DNA of 63,920 nucleotides, the filler included, from Dicyema japonicum (taxonomy: Eukaryota; Animalia; Dicyemida), in assembly GCA_011109175.1 (NCBI GenBank). It is 7 parts of 7 records of this genome, joined end to end, with 100 filler letters (N's around TTAATTAATTAA, not from the genome) between each part and the next. Parts side by side here need not be neighbours in the genome. Positions count along the whole stretch, not along the records: positions 57,835 to 63,920 come from RDEW01000002.1; 6 more parts are not named here. The stretch is one strand, 5' to 3'. The position numbers and the translations under genes are program-made. Below, piece by piece: positions 60,574-63,920 of the stretch (position 1 is the first letter of the stretch; each line of letters begins with the position of its first letter). The notes under the pieces were generated by a model. That model searched no databases, had not been told where the DNA came from, and was given only the letters and a program-made list of their open reading frames with translations.

Positions 60574-61793
60574 ATGTCGACCAACACAATCAGGCTACGG
60601 AAGGGAGTCCCAAAGGAAAGAATTCTCTCCAGAGCAATATCCATGAGGGAATTAGAACGGAGAAATGTAAGATCTTTTAATTATAGATGTAGGTCATTTC
60701 TGAGCTAATAAAAGGAGACCAAAATCTAATCAATGACCTGGAAAACGTAGAAAAAGTAATTTTCCATCAAATTCGTAGTATGGGATGAAAATGATGTATT
60801 CATTCACTGGAGAAATCTGCACTGGAATAGACGTAATATTCAAATTTGCGAGAATTGTAAGACCATTCCACGTGGGTTGGATGTGAGGTTAGTTTATTAG
60901 ATCTGGTTAATCGATTGAAACAAAAAGGCGGAAACGTTGGAGAGATATTCCTGAAATGGGTGCCATAATTACATAAATATTAGCTTTCCACACTTGACAT
61001 GTACGAGACCTACGCCAGAGATTTGGTTGAGACTAAAATATACTATGATTTCTTCAAACAACATGGAAAGACCTCCATGATTATAAATTATTGGCCAAAG
61101 ACAGAAGAAAGTCGAAGACTGGATTTATGGTCCTTTATAGGTCTTCTAAAACAAATTATGTTTAGATGCCCCCCGAACCAGACTGATGCGATATCCTTTG
61201 CTTTTAGAACGACTGACTACTTTGGTTTATAATTACTGACTCACAGACTAGACTGACTCACAAATGGAGAAAAACAGACTTAACCTGGCTATTTCTCAAA
61301 TTAAAGTAATGCTAGAAAAATTCAACCTACTTCATGGGGAACAAATGGTCAATTCGATTCTTTCCCGGTTAGTGGTCCCCAACGGAATGTTAAATGTTAA
61401 TTTTCCGTTTTACTTTAGGAAGTCAAAGTTATTCTAAATGCCCAAACCTTACTGTATTCTGACCAATTAAGTAGTCCCAAAGGAACTGTAGCTGTGAATG
61501 TATATGTCTAGAAATTACAGTGCTTCCTGTTCGATAATGTTCTTATTTTCACTAAAGAGAACTCCTCAGCCCACAAACTCGTCTATGAATTAGCCAAATA
61601 CCCAATATTGGTTGACCAAATGGGCGTGCAAGATATTTTATTCCTTAGAACTATCAAAGGTCAAGTGAGACTTATTCTAGGCTCAACAACCAATGCATTC
61701 AGAGTTTATGATAACAACCTCTCAGTCGTCGTCCAAGCGGGAGACTCCAGGCAGAAGTCATGTTGGCTTGAGCAACTCAGTCAGCTCATTTAA
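60574..61793 (+). CDS. NET1: NET1/ARHGEF3-like DH-PH RhoGEF
   Basis: SELIKGDQNLINDL, SRRLDLWSFI|DAPRTRLMRYPLLL, CFLFDNVLIFTK..YPILV, VVQAGDSRQKSCWLEQL*. Short introns; some indels; start codon tentative. Confidence 0.78.
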
Positions 61794-61849
61794 CTAGAAC
61801 TAACAACTAACAAAAAGAAATCGGTTCATTTGGTTAAATATACAAACTC

Positions 61850-62490
61850 AGGGATTAATTGGTAATAAAATATTAAAGATGAATGAAATAAACATAGCAG
61901 GCTGCGCTATTCTTGGCCAAATTGTCCCATAGTAGACGAGATTAGTGTTGATTTTCAGTCGAAGCTGTCTGAAATTAAAAACTAGTTAAAACTTGCAGTA
62001 AGGATTTCGTCCATAATTGACTCTGAGCAGAAAATAAGTCCTAGCAATCATGCAGGCGATTAGGGAGGAATGACCACTAAAATAGCACAACAAATAAACC
62101 AAATAAAGCTGAATATGCAAAATGGCATTAAACAGAGTTCAACAATCGCACTAGCCTGAAGCAGAAAAGCCACGTGGGGAGTAAAGTAGTAAAACTGATG
62201 GTAAATCTGGGCAAACGTGCAATATTGTTGCAGAGTGACGATTATTCTAATGATAGAGTAAACGACAATAGGGACTAGAAGAACTGAAATAAGTAAAACT
62301 CAACCCGCAAAGGGATGAAGGCAGAGGAGACACAAAACGTAAAGAACATAATGATACGAGTCCTCCTGTGAGAGAGAGTAGAAGGAAGGAACACTAAACT
62401 GAAGAGATGGAACTCTTTGATGAAGACGGAGAAAGCTTGAGGCGATGAAGTATATAAGGGATCGATAGTATCGAACCTCTGCCTCATCAC
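61850..62490 (-). CDS. Unidentified multi-pass membrane protein candidate
   Basis: Hydrophobic stretches in several frames (FHLFSLVFLP, IMFFTFCVSSAFIPL, LCLMPFCIFSFIWFICCAILVVIP). Model not resolved. Confidence 0.3.
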
Positions 62491-62727
62491 TCCCAAATAA
62501 TCTTAGACTGAGTAATATATTGTAAATAAGTGCAATAGAACAAATAAATTTGACTGAATCAATTTTGTTAGACCTTACAAATGACTAAATTTATTCCACA
62601 ATTTAATACAAATATAAGCATAGAAAATTATTATCAATAATAAATGTCCAGATATCACTAAATTATTTTGAATTGGAATATCAAAAAAATAATAGATTTA
62701 AATTATTTTAAATATTTAATTGAACTA

Positions 62728-63849
62728 ATGGAACGAATTTTAATTTTTAGTGGTTCTTCTTGCAGCAACTTTGCCCAGAGAGTATGTAGGCAACTAAACG
62801 TTGAACGAGGAAATGCCACTCTGACAAAGTTTATGAACGGTGAAACAAGGTTTGATCCTTTAAGTTGAGAACAGGGTAACTATCCACGAGTCTGTCAGAG
62901 GAAAGGAGGTATTTATTCTTCAAAGTGTAAGTGGGGATGTTAATGATAATATTATGGAAATGCTAATAATGATTCATTCCTGCAAAATATCTTCATCACG
63001 GAGGATTACAGCCGTGATTCCGTGTTATCCGTACGCTCGACAAGACAAGAAAGAGAAAGTAAGTGTATTCTCACTTGCAGAGTAGGGCACCGATTACTGC
63101 CAAGCTGATCGCAAACATGCTTTGTGTGGCTGGAGCAGATCACATAATAACCATGGATCTTCACGCTTCTCAAATTCAGGGATTTTTCAATATCCCCGTG
63201 GACAACCTTTATGCCCACCCAACTTTCGTTAAATATGTGGAGTCGTACATAAAGGGAGATTTAGTAATCGTCTCTCCTGACGCTGGTGGTGCCAAACGGT
63301 AAGCTTTATTGTTAATTATTTTTATGCTTAATCTCACATAATTGACCTCATTTCAGGGCTTCCTTGTACGCGGAATCATTAAAGGCTGATCTTGCGATTA
63401 TCCACAAGGAAAGAAAGGATCCAAACAAAGTTAATAATATGGTTCTTGTGGGCGATGTGAGTGGAAAAACTGCTGTTATTGTTGACGATATTGCTGACAC
63501 GTGTGGGACTCTGGTTATGGCTGGTCAAAGGTCTGTCTTGGTCTTCATTACAGACTCGAGGAGGCTGGAGCGAGAGATATCTATGCACTGATCACTCACG
63601 GAGTTTTCTCAGGACAGGCTATCGACAAAATAGAGCAATCCTCGATAAGGAAGGTCATCATTGTTGACACCATTGAGATGCCCCAACATGTGTTGTGTTG
63701 TTCTAAGATTGAGGTAATAATTGTAATAATTTAAGTGTTTGACTGTAAGCAATGTTTTTGCTGAGGCGATTCGTCATATTGTGGCCAACAAATCCCTCAC
63801 TAATATATTCAAACAAGTCCCTCCTATCTTTAATGGAAATCATAATTAA
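62728..63849 (+). CDS. PRPS1: Ribose-phosphate pyrophosphokinase, complete and intact
   Basis: [11 protein letters not shown]|[55 protein letters not shown]. Introns 62850-62874, 63059-63080, 63299-63356, 63531-63553, 63714-63735. TAA 63847-63849. Confidence 0.96.
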
Positions 63850-63920
63850 TTTTAAATAACATTAATTTTTCAGATTTAATAACTTTAATGTTTCATTTTT
63901 ATTTCAAAGCTACAAATATT

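Noticed and set aside
7716-63849. HPRT plus PRPS as a purine-salvage cluster; FZR1 plus PLK as a cell-cycle cluster
   Set aside because: Each pair is separated by artificial spacers, so the genes lie on different scaffolds.
63760-63849. Loss of the PRPS allosteric site from a divergent C-terminus
   Set aside because: AEAIR and the S-x-S/T positions are retained (KSLT vs ESVS), so the evidence is too thin.

Overview
Eukaryotic, mostly AT-rich draft sequence. It is a pseudo-molecule: six artificial 100-bp spacers (N~44-TTAATTAATTAA-N~44) join at least seven independent scaffolds (1-7056, 7157-13633, 13734-24738, 24839-32661, 32762-47574, 47675-57734, 57835-63920), so adjacency across spacers means nothing. 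Single-N joins mark further duplicated overlaps, and many genes carry homopolymer-type indels. Host genes are split by very short GT-AG introns (mostly 22-28 nt), so the ORF track misses or fragments them. By manual translation and remembered family motifs (no database search) I recognise importin-beta, HPRT, an Mtr4/Ski2-like helicase remnant, MSH5, a WDR34-like dynein-2 chain, SLC35B2, a TOM20-like remnant, FZR1/Cdh1, a Polo-like kinase, the rootletin 3' end, a NET1/ARHGEF3-like RhoGEF and an intact PRPS. Ciliary genes, animal-type genes and tiny introns suggest a ciliated animal with a compacted genome, for example a dicyemid (inference). A large share of the window is transposon debris: RTE, R4/NeSL-like, CRE, Jockey/I-like LINEs (one with a 2A peptide), hAT, pogo/Tigger, Ginger-like and Helitron-like. 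Best candidates for novelty: (1) a complete 8-exon gene (8654-9479, minus) encoding a secreted glycoprotein-hormone-receptor-like LRR ectodomain with no 7TM domain; (2) a GC-rich, LTR-like segment at 1-522 that folds into about ten consecutive hairpins with a minus-strand G-U bias; (3) a Polo kinase lacking the canonical phosphopeptide-binding residues; (4) a nested long-inverted-repeat element within a 2.3-kb tandem composite repeat. No CRISPR array, rRNA or confident tRNA gene was found.
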